A stretch of 64,000 bases of DNA. Origin: a virus. Taxonomy: Duplodnaviria > Heunggongvirae > Uroviricota > Caudoviricetes. Positions 43,699 to 52,205 of the stretch are shown piece after piece (positions within the stretch are counted from its first letter, which is position 1; each line of letters opens with the position of its first letter). Below the pieces are notes generated by a model. The model worked only from the letters and a program-made list of their open reading frames with translations, was not told where the DNA came from and did no database searches. The translations under genes and the position numbers were made by a program. The stretch lies in the IMG/VR virus record IMGVR_UViG_3300048925_000677, positions 53,569-117,568 of that record. One strand, given 5' to 3'.

Positions 43699-44066
43699 CT
43701 GGCCAGAACCTCGGGCGGGAGTCCGTGATCTTCGGCGCCCATTAAGTACAGGGCGTTCTCGGGATGCCAGAACCTCGACAGCGGCACCGCCCGCTCATCC
43801 AGCTCCACCCCGATCAACTGGCACCCAGTGGGCAGGTGCCCGATCAGGGCGTCGATGTCGTCGTAGTGGATCAGGGGAATGCGGTTCGGTGTATTCGACG
43901 TGTCCGAAGCCTGGTGGGTGTACCGGCGGCCGATGGTTGCGATGAAGGCCGCGTCATAGAGGAACGCCGAGCGCCACAATGTGCCAACGTTGCTCTCGTG
44001 CTTGGGGTGCCAGGCGGCGACCCCGTAGTACCCCCGGGCACTACCCTGCAGACTGCGCCTCGTCAT
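43593..44066 (-). CDS. SpoU/TrmH-family RNA 2'-O-methyltransferase
   Basis: 157 aa; YGVAAWHPKHESNVGTLWRSA, LYLMGAEDHGLP, SMNVSTAGTTVLY SPOUT motifs. Confidence 0.7.
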   Translation of the reverse strand: MTRRSLQGSARGYYGVAAWHPKHESNVGTLWRSAFLYDAAFIATIGRRYTHQASDTSNTPNRIPLIHYDDIDALIGHLPTGCQLIGVELDERAVPLSRFWHPENALYLMGAEDHGLPPEVLARCHHVVQVESPKEWSMNVSTAGTTVLYSRYLQGLK

Positions 44067-44172
44067 CGCGCTCCAGTTCGTTGATGTCGACGATGATTTC
44101 GTCGATACGAGTCATGCTCAGCGTCTTGCGGATCTCTTCACGCTGGTCCGCGGTCAGGTCCCGATGACCCAT
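44041..44172 (-). CDS. hypothetical small protein
   Basis: ORF 44041..44307 trimmed to ATG 44172. Confidence 0.3.
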   Translation of the reverse strand: MGHRDLTADQREEIRKTLSMTRIDEIIVDINELERDDEAQSAG

Positions 44173-44396
44173 CAGTGGAACCCGAACGGCAGTCCAGCGG
44201 ACACTGGTCGGCGCCCGCCGAAGTACCACTGACTGTCGAAGTTCGAGTAGCCGCCGCTGCCCGCTCGGACCAAGGTCTTGGCCGACTGGGATACCGCCTC
44301 GTGCCACGTGAGGTAGGCGCCGTGGAATGAGCCGTCAGGGCGCCACGTGATCCAACGGCCGTGACGCTTGCGGACCTTCCACCTCAGCGCCGCCAC
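44172..44396 (-). CDS. hypothetical protein
   Basis: 74-aa ORF. Confidence 0.4.
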   Translation of the reverse strand: MAALRWKVRKRHGRWITWRPDGSFHGAYLTWHEAVSQSAKTLVRAGSGGYSNFDSQWYFGGRRPVSAGLPFGFH

Positions 44397-44890
44397 GAGC
44401 GCACCTCGCGCTCAAACGCGCGGTTGCACAGACACGCCGGCGACCGCCTGGCACGGATCTCCGTGACGATGTCATCGCCGTTGTCGAAGTCGCCATTGAG
44501 GAACAGCGCCCGGGCGGCGATCAGCGAGGAGCGGTTCAGGCCCGCCTGGCAGTGCACTAGCGTGGGGCCGTCCTTGCGGTACTTGTTGACCCGCTCGGCG
44601 ATGAAGTCGTTCGCCTCGAAACCCTGATCCTCGGAGTCGAACATCTCAATGTAGTCACTGTTCTTCACGCCGGGGTGGTTCTGGTATTTCTCCCACGGGT
44701 ACAGCGAGACGACGTTGACGATGAAATCAGGTAACACGAGGCCGTTCTGGCAGCCGCCCTGCCAGAGATTCGGCGCCAACTCACTGATGAACGGAACATC
44801 GAACGGGGTGTTGCCATGTACGGCGACTCCCCGCATCCGCTTGACGGTCGGGTCGAAGTCGATGGCGAACGCGGTGTGGTCAATGCTCAC
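44384..44890 (-). CDS. dual-specificity (Tyr/Ser-Thr) protein phosphatase
   Basis: 168 aa; VHCQAGLNRSS CX5R P-loop. Confidence 0.7.
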   Translation of the reverse strand: MSIDHTAFAIDFDPTVKRMRGVAVHGNTPFDVPFISELAPNLWQGGCQNGLVLPDFIVNVVSLYPWEKYQNHPGVKNSDYIEMFDSEDQGFEANDFIAERVNKYRKDGPTLVHCQAGLNRSSLIAARALFLNGDFDNGDDIVTEIRARRSPACLCNRAFEREVRSWRR

Positions 44891-45532
44891 AGAAGTTTCC
44901 GATCTAGCTCGCGGAGGATGCCGAGTCGATTGACGACCTCGTCCGCTTTGAATTCCGAGTAGAGGCCCTTGAGTGAAGGCGGCTCCAAAGACTTGCGACC
45001 CTGCCCCGTGGGCACGAAGGTCAACGTCGACTGGCCAACGGGGACAAGGTCCTCATACTGCGCAAGGACGATCACCGTCTCCGGCGCCGCGACGCGGATC
45101 GTATGGAACTCGGCGGCCCGCATCTGATACGTCTCGCCGGGGCGGAACTGGTCGGTGCGGTACCGCTCCAGGGCCCATAGTTCGCCGCGCTGAGTGAACC
45201 CGCTACCGCCATTGAGTGGCGTGTCGTACTCGAAGACGTTGAACAGCTCAACGTCAGCCGCCCAGTCGAATACGTTTCCGTACCAACGGTTCTCGATGAC
45301 ACCGGAGTAGCACTGGGTCACGAAGTCGTAGCGATGGTCGTGCGGATTGACCACCTCACCCAGCTTCTGGCTCTCCATTCCCTCGGCGAAGAAGTACGCC
45401 TTCAGGGTCAACGCGGGAGTCCGCTTGAGGCAGATGTAATCCATGCCCTTGGCATGAAAATCCTTGTACGAGTTCGCTAACACGTCGTCGACGTCGAGGG
45501 AATCCCAGTCCACGCCCTGTAGAAGGCTCACC
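44887..45532 (-). CDS. hypothetical protein
   Basis: ORF 44887..45696 trimmed to GTG 45532. Confidence 0.45.
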
Positions 45533-45539
45533 AGTGCTC

Positions 45540-45782
45540 CTAGATGGGTTCGACCGATCCGTCCACGCCCAGTAGCACCCACGTCCCATATCTGAGGACC
45601 GGCGTCGCTCTGGGGTCGTGACTTTGGCGGACCAGCCAGCCCTTCTGGAGGGCTTCGGTTCGGTTGCTCTCGATATGCGCATGACATACCGCGCACAGCC
45701 CTAGCGCGTTCGCTGGGGTGTTGGTGATAGGGTCTCTGCTACCCCCGGCGCCGCGGGCGCGACGGTGATGATGTTGCTCCAC
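45540..45782 (-). CDS. HNH endonuclease (small)
   Basis: 80 aa; GLCAVCHAHIESN. Confidence 0.6.
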   Translation of the reverse strand: MEQHHHRRARGAGGSRDPITNTPANALGLCAVCHAHIESNRTEALQKGWLVRQSHDPRATPVLRYGTWVLLGVDGSVEPI

Positions 45783-46010
45783 CGCCGCGAGTCCGCAGCG
45801 TTCACAGGTGTCGTCAGCCCGGTCGTTGATGATCCGGCGGGTCGCCGGCGAGAACCCGGTCAGTCGTCTACACCGAGGATCGTCGCGAACGAATCCGCAT
45901 CATCCTCAGTCAGGGCCTCGCCCTTGACTTCTCGGCCCTTCTCCCCCAGGTCGTCGCCGACGAGGGTGAGCTTCGGGTGCGGGTCGAGCGAGTCTTCCCA
46001 CAAGTCGAAA

Positions 46011-46109
46011 TCATTCGCCATAGGTGTCCTCTTTCATTGCCAGACCCATGAGGAACACCAGGCCAGCTAGGGCCGCGAAGAACCACCGGATCTGGTCGTC
46101 ATACGACAC
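46011..46109 (-). CDS. small membrane peptide
   Basis: ORF 46011..46274 trimmed to GTG 46109 (GTGA overlap); VSYDDQIRWFFAALAGLVFLMGLAMKEDTYGE. Confidence 0.3.
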   Translation of the reverse strand: MSYDDQIRWFFAALAGLVFLMGLAMKEDTYGE

Positions 46110-46494
46110 GGCCGGCCATCTGCATCTCGGCGATGACCAGCTTGCTTTCGGTCTGGAGTAGCGACAACTCCTGTTCCAGATCGCTCTTTTTCTCCTTGGC
46201 GAACTGGAGGGCCTTCTCCGCGGTGACCATGTCCTCGTACAATTCCCAGTTGTCGAGTTGGGCATTGCTCTCACGGTCGGCGATGGAGCCCTTGCCGGCG
46301 TTGTCGCGCATGTGGAGTTTGGATGCCTTGGAGTAGGCGTCCTTCGCGTCGACGTAGTTGTTGCGCAGATCCTTAATCGTTCTGGTTGCGCGACTGAGGT
46401 AGAACAGAATCCATTGCATCCGGTTGACGATCTCCAGCGGAGTGCGGAGATCTTCCAGGGCCTCTGGGCCCTTGGATGGTTCGCTCAGGCTCAT
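46099..46494 (-). CDS. coiled-coil protein
   Basis: ORF trimmed to ATG 46494 (MSLSEPSKGPEAL..), ATGA-coupled. Confidence 0.45.
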   Translation of the reverse strand: MSLSEPSKGPEALEDLRTPLEIVNRMQWILFYLSRATRTIKDLRNNYVDAKDAYSKASKLHMRDNAGKGSIADRESNAQLDNWELYEDMVTAEKALQFAKEKKSDLEQELSLLQTESKLVIAEMQMAGRVV

Positions 46495-46772
46495 AGGGGC
46501 ATCACCGCGTAGTGGGTGTTGAAGTCCCACCAGGGACGTTCGCAGCCAGAGCACTGCTTGCCCCAGTTGTCCTCGAACCGCTGCTCGACCTGCCGGAAGC
46601 ACCGCTCACACACGCCGACGGCGCAGTGGTCGTTGCAGCCCTTGCACATCACGATGGCCGCCTCGGAGCAGCCCGGAGAGAAGCACTGGACCTCAAACTC
46701 GAACTGCTCGATGCTTAAATCGGCCGGCGCGATGAGTACCGAGGTCACGAGATCCCTACGCAATGGCCCCAC
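46491..46772 (-). CDS. Cys-rich (zinc-finger) protein
   Basis: 93 aa; CFSPGC..CKGCNDHCAVGVCERC..CSGC. Confidence 0.45.
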   Translation of the reverse strand: MGPLRRDLVTSVLIAPADLSIEQFEFEVQCFSPGCSEAAIVMCKGCNDHCAVGVCERCFRQVEQRFEDNWGKQCSGCERPWWDFNTHYAVMPL

Positions 46773-47074
46773 GGCTCACCGTTGTCCTGGCGAGTCTGAA
46801 CCTTCTGCAGCCAGTTGGCCTCGTCGAGATCGAGCCCGAGACCGGGGAAGCTGTCGATGCTGACGGCGTTTCTCTCAGTGCCCTCGATGGAGGAATCGAT
46901 GTAGCCGAGATTCCACAGCGCCCGGCCGATCAGACAACTCGGGGAGCCCTTATGGACATAGAGGCAGCCAAGGCCGCAACCCGCGGAATCCTCTGGCTCG
47001 TCGTAGATGAAATCTGGGTTCCCCGCCGCGACCATACGGACTTCGTTGATCAGTTTCTCGCCGACTTCACTCAT
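46745..47074 (-). CDS. hypothetical protein
   Basis: ORF 46745..47143 trimmed to ATG 47074 (MSEVGEKLINEV..). Confidence 0.4.
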   Translation of the reverse strand: MSEVGEKLINEVRMVAAGNPDFIYDEPEDSAGCGLGCLYVHKGSPSCLIGRALWNLGYIDSSIEGTERNAVSIDSFPGLGLDLDEANWLQKVQTRQDNGEPWGHCVGIS

Positions 47075-47975
47075 CTGCTTCGTGCGCCTTAATGATTCCG
47101 TCGATGTCGATGACATCGTGCTCGTAGGACTCCCACGTCTCACCCGTCCAGTGGTGGACCCGCAGGCCCTTCACCTTGACGCCGTGAACGATGAGAATCC
47201 GTGCATAGAAGGACAACTGGAGCCAGTAGCCGCCCAACTTCGAGTTCGGGACGAGCCCCTTGAAGGGCTTCTTGATCGTCTCCGATTTGTGAATGTCGAT
47301 GTTGGTCTTGAAATCGTCGACGATGACGCTGCCATCGTCGAGAATTTCGAGGCGGTCGATCTGGCCGCAGTGCCGGCGGGCCGGGTCGGCGACGAAGCAC
47401 TCGTACTTCGCTTTCCTGTCGCCGTGGATCTCGTAGAACTTCTCCACAATCGGCCGCAGGATCGGGTTCGACGAGGTTGCCGCCTCGACGCTGCCCTCCT
47501 TGGTCGCCCGGGACAACTCGGCGTACTCACCGCGGAGTTGCAGGGCCATGTGGACCGCGGTGCCTACCGTGGCAGAAGCGTCACGGTTGAGCGCCCACAT
47601 GTCGACGACCTCGTCGGCTTTGACGCCGTACTTGTCGGCGACCTTCTTCGAGACCACAGGAGTGTTGAATTCCGACTGGTATCGTCCGGCAAAAGTGGAG
47701 CCGCCCAACCACTTAACCCCGTCGGCGCCGCGGTAGACGTGCTCCACTGGGTCGAAGAAAACCTCGTTGCCGGATGCCCAGCAGGTGAGGATCTTGCCCG
47801 CCGGGGCACCGGCCGGGGCGTTGCGGTCGATATCGAGAGGCCGCTCGCCAACCAGGTCCCAGAGGACCTTCAGTTGGTTGAGGGCGTCCTGGCGGGCCGC
47901 CGCGGGAGTCGCGCCGAAGCCCTCGATCTCGGGCTGGATGTTTGCGTACTGCGCGACCGGAATGGTCGCCTTCAA
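47067..47975 (-). CDS. PD-(D/E)XK exonuclease (RecB/YqaJ-like)
   Basis: 302 aa; ..QIDRLEILDDGSVIVDDFKT.. PD-(D/E)XK motif. Confidence 0.55.
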   Translation of the reverse strand: MKATIPVAQYANIQPEIEGFGATPAAARQDALNQLKVLWDLVGERPLDIDRNAPAGAPAGKILTCWASGNEVFFDPVEHVYRGADGVKWLGGSTFAGRYQSEFNTPVVSKKVADKYGVKADEVVDMWALNRDASATVGTAVHMALQLRGEYAELSRATKEGSVEAATSSNPILRPIVEKFYEIHGDRKAKYECFVADPARRHCGQIDRLEILDDGSVIVDDFKTNIDIHKSETIKKPFKGLVPNSKLGGYWLQLSFYARILIVHGVKVKGLRVHHWTGETWESYEHDVIDIDGIIKAHEADE

Positions 47976-48037
47976 CGCGAAACGGTGAACGGTGGGTTCG
48001 GTGATGCGAATCCTTGGTGGTGTGCGCCGTCCGGCGA

Positions 48038-48451
48038 CTAGATGCTGTTGAAGACCGTGATCAGTTGCTGGGACGGGCTGACCTCGGTGGTGTCACCCTC
48101 GTAGTCGCTCAGGCCCTCGTAGGAGTTGTAGTAGCCCTGGCGCTTGAAGTACCGCTCCTCGCCGTCGACATCGGTCACGCGGAAGACGAACCAGACGTCT
48201 TCATCGCGGCCCTGCAGTTGGTCAACGTAGGCGGCTCGCCCGATGCCGGGCAGGTCGACGCCAGGCTCGATCTCGAACCGCTTCTGCCACACCTTGGAGT
48301 ACTTGAAGTAGACGGCGTCCTCGGTCCCCTCGGGAACTTCACGCCACTCACTGGTTTGCTGCGTGGCGTCCAGGAACTCACCCCAAGACCCGCTCCAGTC
48401 GGACTCTTCGTTCTCAATGGCTTCATTGAGATCGGCGATGCTGTAGGTCAT
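48038..48451 (-). CDS. paralog 1 of a 4-gene tandem family
   Basis: 137 aa; WFVFRVTDVDGEERYFKRQGYYNSYEGLSDYEGDTTEVSPSQ. Confidence 0.5.
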   Translation of the reverse strand: MTYSIADLNEAIENEESDWSGSWGEFLDATQQTSEWREVPEGTEDAVYFKYSKVWQKRFEIEPGVDLPGIGRAAYVDQLQGRDEDVWFVFRVTDVDGEERYFKRQGYYNSYEGLSDYEGDTTEVSPSQQLITVFNSI

Positions 48452-48807
48452 TCGGATTCCTCCCAGAAAGTGACAACGCGCTGAACGGCCTTCACCTCGA
48501 AGGTGGGGCCGTCGAGTTCGCCGCCGTAATGCGAGGCGTACCAGCCGTCGCGCTTGAATGTCCGGACGCCATCAGGGTCGGTGATGGTGAAGACGAAGTA
48601 GTAGCCATTGGCCGCGGTCTCGTCATTCTCGGTGCCGTCGTGGATTGTGGTGGCGGTGCCGATTCCGGGCAGGTCGACGGTCCTGTTGTACTTGCCTGCG
48701 TAGAGCAGGCTTTCCCAACCGGTGCGGAGGAGCCCATCCTCATCGACCCAGCCCTCTTTGACGACCCTGTCGACGTCCTCGACGGTGTAACTCACGCGAC
48801 TTCCCAA
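48448..48807 (-). CDS. paralog 2 of the tandem family
   Basis: 119 aa; YYFVFTITDPDGVRTFKRDGWYASHYGGELDGPTFEV. Confidence 0.5.
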   Translation of the reverse strand: MGSRVSYTVEDVDRVVKEGWVDEDGLLRTGWESLLYAGKYNRTVDLPGIGTATTIHDGTENDETAANGYYFVFTITDPDGVRTFKRDGWYASHYGGELDGPTFEVKAVQRVVTFWEESE

Positions 48808-49148
48808 TTCGAGACGGTGACCTGCTTCGGCTTGACCTCTTCGAGGCTGCCCCAGAACTCATCGTCGTCGTACGAGTCGGACTCGCCGTTCTTGCGGAAA
48901 TGCTGAACCTTGCCGTCGCGCTCGACGCGGAAGACGAAGCTGGCCTTGCCCGTTGCCTGGTAGCCGTAGGAGTCCTCCTGCGGCCGAACGTCTTCAACCA
49001 GGTAGGCGAAGCTGCCGTCGGGTAGCTTGACGGCCTCCTCGCGGAGGAGTGACCGGCGGAACTCCACCCAGGCGCTGGAATGGTCATGGAAGCCGGCGAC
49101 GAGGCGCGTCACTTCGGCAGTGGTGAAAGTCATTGGACTGTTTCCCAA
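48792..49148 (-). CDS. paralog 3 of the tandem family
   Basis: 118 aa; SFVFRVERDGKVQHFRKNGESDSYDDDEFWGSLEEVKPKQV. Confidence 0.5.
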   Translation of the reverse strand: MGNSPMTFTTAEVTRLVAGFHDHSSAWVEFRRSLLREEAVKLPDGSFAYLVEDVRPQEDSYGYQATGKASFVFRVERDGKVQHFRKNGESDSYDDDEFWGSLEEVKPKQVTVSNWEVA

Positions 49149-49456
49149 TCTGTTCGCTGGACTTCGACGGGAGTCACCTCGTTCGTCTCACCGTCGTAGT
49201 TGGACCCGAACGAATTCTCCGTCGTGGTCCGTTTGTAGAACTTGTTGCCGCCGTACTGGTGAATCTCGAAGACGAACCACGACTCTCCAGGATGGCCATA
49301 GCCAGGTACAAACTCATCGACTAGCGTGGCCCGCCGGTGGCGCGGGAAATGCACGGGGCCGGTGCGCAAATGGTGGATGAAGCTATCCCAGGGATGGTCA
49401 CCCGGCCACAAGGTGGTGACGTGAGAGTTGATGTCTTCGATGTGAGAGTCAGCCAT
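49130..49456 (-). CDS. paralog 4 of the tandem family
   Basis: 108 aa; WFVFEIHQYGGNKFYKRTTTENSFGSNYDGETNEVTPVEV. Confidence 0.5.
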   Translation of the reverse strand: MADSHIEDINSHVTTLWPGDHPWDSFIHHLRTGPVHFPRHRRATLVDEFVPGYGHPGESWFVFEIHQYGGNKFYKRTTTENSFGSNYDGETNEVTPVEVQRTDWETVQ

Positions 49457-50225
49457 TCGTCAACTCCTTGAGGTAGTTGGCATTAGCCCGGTGGTGGGCC
49501 ACGTAATCGATATCGGGCAGCCGGAACTCGTCAAATTGATCGACCAGGAATCGTGCAGATCGACCTTTGGTCAGACTCGTGATGGTCCGCCTGAGCGCCC
49601 ACTGGTACGCTCGACCAGGCGAGTAGAGGTAATCGTTTGGGATGACTAGCCTCTCAAGGGCGGTGACGTACACCTCTTCTCGAAACATCTGCACGATCCG
49701 CTCGTGCGGCATGGCCCAGACCTTCGCCATGTCCATTTGGACGGACTTGCCGTCCTTCAGGCAGTCGTCGTAGATCGGCTGGCCAGGGCGGTAGGCGACA
49801 CTCAGGTGGATCGAGTCATGGTCGTAGACGCGCTTTACGGCGTCGGCGAAGAAGTCCTCAGCCTCCTTGGTGAGGTCAACCTTCTTGGCGCCGTGGAGGT
49901 CGCTCCAGATCTCGTAGAGGACGTCGAACCATTCGGGGATGAGCTGGGCGCCGTGGCGCCGCAAAGCAAGTAGGTCGGCCATGTGCTTGTCCCAAGTGCC
50001 ATTCTTCAACTCCCAGAATGAATGTGAGTACTTGATCGTGTACAGCTCATTCGGAGTAGCGGTGCGGTCGCAGTCCCCGAGGATGGCGTACAGCCGGTCG
50101 TCCCAGAAGATGTCACCCCCGACGCCGGGGGCCTTCTCGTCGGCGAAGGCGTCGTAGTCCTTGGGCTCGCGCCAGTCCGGGAACCAGGCCTTGGCCGCGG
50201 TTGACCCGGTGACGAGGGTAGTCAC
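49449..50225 (-). CDS. hypothetical protein (258 aa)
   Basis: ORF 49449..50663 trimmed to GTG 50225 (GTGA overlap); the upstream extension looks non-coding. Confidence 0.45.
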   Translation of the reverse strand: MTTLVTGSTAAKAWFPDWREPKDYDAFADEKAPGVGGDIFWDDRLYAILGDCDRTATPNELYTIKYSHSFWELKNGTWDKHMADLLALRRHGAQLIPEWFDVLYEIWSDLHGAKKVDLTKEAEDFFADAVKRVYDHDSIHLSVAYRPGQPIYDDCLKDGKSVQMDMAKVWAMPHERIVQMFREEVYVTALERLVIPNDYLYSPGRAYQWALRRTITSLTKGRSARFLVDQFDEFRLPDIDYVAHHRANANYLKELTNG

Positions 50226-50440
50226 CAGAGCAACCGCCTTACGTCCTTGAAGTTGCAGGAGATGCACCACCGCTGCTGAACGGGGGTGCTCTTCTTGCCG
50301 TAGGCGTCGTCGAGGGTCGAGTCCTCCCAGGCGCCATACGCGTGCTGGTGCTTCGGGGCTCGTGATCGGCGACGGTACGCAGTCAGTATCCAACCGAGGG
50401 CCCAGCCGATTGCGAGCCCAATGACGGTCCCCGTGGCCAT
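50222..50440 (-). CDS. membrane protein
   Basis: 72 aa; N-terminal TM helix. Confidence 0.45.
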   Translation of the reverse strand: MATGTVIGLAIGWALGWILTAYRRRSRAPKHQHAYGAWEDSTLDDAYGKKSTPVQQRWCISCNFKDVRRLLW

Positions 50441-50772
50441 CAGATCTCCTCGGCCTCAAGGATTGTCGGGAACATCGACAGCGGGCCGACGCGGACACCG
50501 CCGGACTTGATCTTGTAGGTCTTGCCCGGCTGGATCGACCCGTACAAGTCGGCCGACTTGAATCCCGAGATGAAGTTGTCCTCGACGACGAACGTGCCAC
50601 AGTCGGTGTAGACCCGCATCTCGGAAACTCCGTCGGAGTTCGACGTCCGATCCTTGCCGCCAACTAAGCAGGTCTGGGTCTCCTGGTTGACATAGGTGCA
50701 CGCCACCCCGGAGAGGCCGACGCTCAACGCAAGGCCGATGGCGACCAGGACGTCTTTGACGGATCGCTTCAT
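50440..50772 (-). CDS. secreted lipoprotein
   Basis: Signal peptide plus lipobox LSGVAC. Confidence 0.55.
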   Translation of the reverse strand: MKRSVKDVLVAIGLALSVGLSGVACTYVNQETQTCLVGGKDRTSNSDGVSEMRVYTDCGTFVVEDNFISGFKSADLYGSIQPGKTYKIKSGGVRVGPLSMFPTILEAEEI

Positions 50773-50796
50773 GGGTAACCCCTACTCTTTGAAAGT

Positions 50797-50876
50797 TGGT
50801 GCCCCGCACAGGAGCACACGTGTTAGGACGCGAACGGACTGGCTACCGGCCACCGGGCTCTACCTGTGCGGGGATC
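50797..50876 (-). ncRNA. candidate structured RNA: 11-bp helix closing a ~50-nt loop, 3' tail CACCA
   Basis: Minus strand: CCCCGCACAGG-(51 nt)-CCTGTGCGGGG-CACCA. The continuous helix resembles a stacked acceptor/T minihelix with an encoded ..ACCA end. Confidence 0.25.
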
Positions 50877-50963
50877 AATCTCGCGCGGGGTGGTTAGTCC
50901 ACTTCGGCTGGTCGGGCTCACCCACCACGGGACTGTTGCCGCCTACTAACGCGAGAAAGTTTG

Positions 50964-50997
50964 TGCCCGATACTGGATAGCGTCGGTGCCGCGCATG
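50964..50997. repeat. 31-34-bp direct repeat copy 1 (TGCCCGATACT-n3-TAGCGTCGGTGCCGCGC)
   Basis: Matches 51272-51306 at 28/31 conserved positions. About 90 nt upstream (minus sense) of the CACCA hairpin element. Confidence 0.5.
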
Positions 50998-51122
50998 CCG
51001 GCCGCGGTGCACATGGGTTGACCCAACCCAAACGCGACCGGCTTCCGCTCCGTTTTCTTAACGATGAGGGAGGAATCACCGGCCCTGTTTATTTGTAGGC
51101 AGCTCGTTGGCGTTGAGCTTCC

Positions 51123-51191
51123 GTGGAGTGGCCAGACTCGAACTGGCGTCGCATCCGTCGATGCCGGGATAGCCGCTACCCGCACACTCCG
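51123..51191 (-). ncRNA. tRNA-like element C (~69 nt; C1xA72 mismatch; 4-nt loop where the anticodon loop should be)
   Basis: Acceptor CGGAGTG/CACTCCA+C, D-arm CGGG-TAGCGGCTAT-CCCG, hairpin GCATC-GACG-GATGC, T-arm GCCAG-TTCGAGT-CTGGC (+51131-51147). Confidence 0.35.
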
Positions 51192-51271
51192 ACCTCAAGG
51201 TCACGGGAGAGCCACTGTGCCATAGGGAAGTTGGCACAGGTGATCACCGCTTACCTAGGAAACCTTGAGGA

Positions 51272-51306
51272 TGCCCGATACTTTGTTAGCGTCGGTGCCG
51301 CGCGTG
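51272..51306. repeat. 31-34-bp direct repeat copy 2
   Basis: tgcccgatactttgttagcgtcggtgccgcgcgtg; lies ~80 nt upstream (minus sense) of tRNA-like element C. Confidence 0.5.
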
Positions 51307-51637
51307 ACGCATCTTTCCACCGTTACTCGGTTCCGTTGCGAAGCGTGCCCAGTGTTCCCCGTCCCTTACGGCGTAGCCCTGTGGCAGGCATTAGGGTCTT
51401 GCGATCCGAGTAGGGCCCGGATGTTGCCGGCGACCTTCGTTGCCAGCGCGGACTCCGCCGCGTGCTCATCGGCCGCGGCCAGCGCTCGCTGGGCCACCGA
51501 CTTCTGGAAGTTCGCCTGCGCGACCTGGTGTTCGGCGTGCTGCTCCAGCTCTGCGAGGGTGCCGTTCAGCCCCTCCGTGATGGAGGCGACCGTCTTCGGT
51601 GGCGCGATGACGGGTTGCGGGGTCTTCTTGAAGAGGC

Positions 51638-52132
51638 TCATATCATTCTCCTTGGTTGTGTCGAATCGGGTTCGACCGGATTGTCGAGAAGTGCCTGAAC
51701 GTCAGCCTCTCGACCGTGGTTGAGGTCCGAAATGGCCGCCCAAAGGCGCTCGCGATACGGAAGCAACTCGGGATCGAAAGCATTCCCACGCCGCTGGATT
51801 GACTGAAGTCTCAGCGCGAGTGCCGATTGATCCCCCTTGGCGATGAGCCAAGGCTGCACCGCTTCCAGGATCGGGACCATCGACCGACCAATTGCCCTGA
51901 CCCCATAGAGTGGACGGCCATTGCCCGGCCGCTTGCAGAAGTACACCCTCAGCCCGGTCAGGCGCGCGGCCTTATCAAGCAATGGCACGCAGGTGTTTCC
52001 GATAAACATTGAGACGTCGAACCGCACCCCTTGAGACTTGGTTAGGCGACTCGATGAAATCGAGCCCTCGCCATCGATTAGGGCTGCCAGCCATGCTGCG
52101 TCGACGTCTGACATTGTGATCTGATCTTGCAT
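51638..52132 (-). CDS. LAGLIDADG homing endonuclease (free-standing)
   Basis: 164 aa; WLAALIDGEGSI motif near the N-terminus. Confidence 0.7.
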   Translation of the reverse strand: MQDQITMSDVDAAWLAALIDGEGSISSSRLTKSQGVRFDVSMFIGNTCVPLLDKAARLTGLRVYFCKRPGNGRPLYGVRAIGRSMVPILEAVQPWLIAKGDQSALALRLQSIQRRGNAFDPELLPYRERLWAAISDLNHGREADVQALLDNPVEPDSTQPRRMI

Positions 52133-52205
52133 ATTTGGCCACTCTCAGCTAGTTGCAAGAGTGGGAACCTTCTATGCCCCCTAGGGGCGAAAGGTAGATG
52201 CGGGC

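Noticed and set aside
47007-48041. 344-aa plus-strand ORF and similar long plus-strand ORFs at 23025-23774, 23877-24713, 53352-54032
   Set aside because: They run antisense to strongly supported minus-strand genes (exonuclease, NAMPT-like, 701-aa ORF). Low-complexity Arg/Ala/Gly/Val composition; none has a sensible start context.
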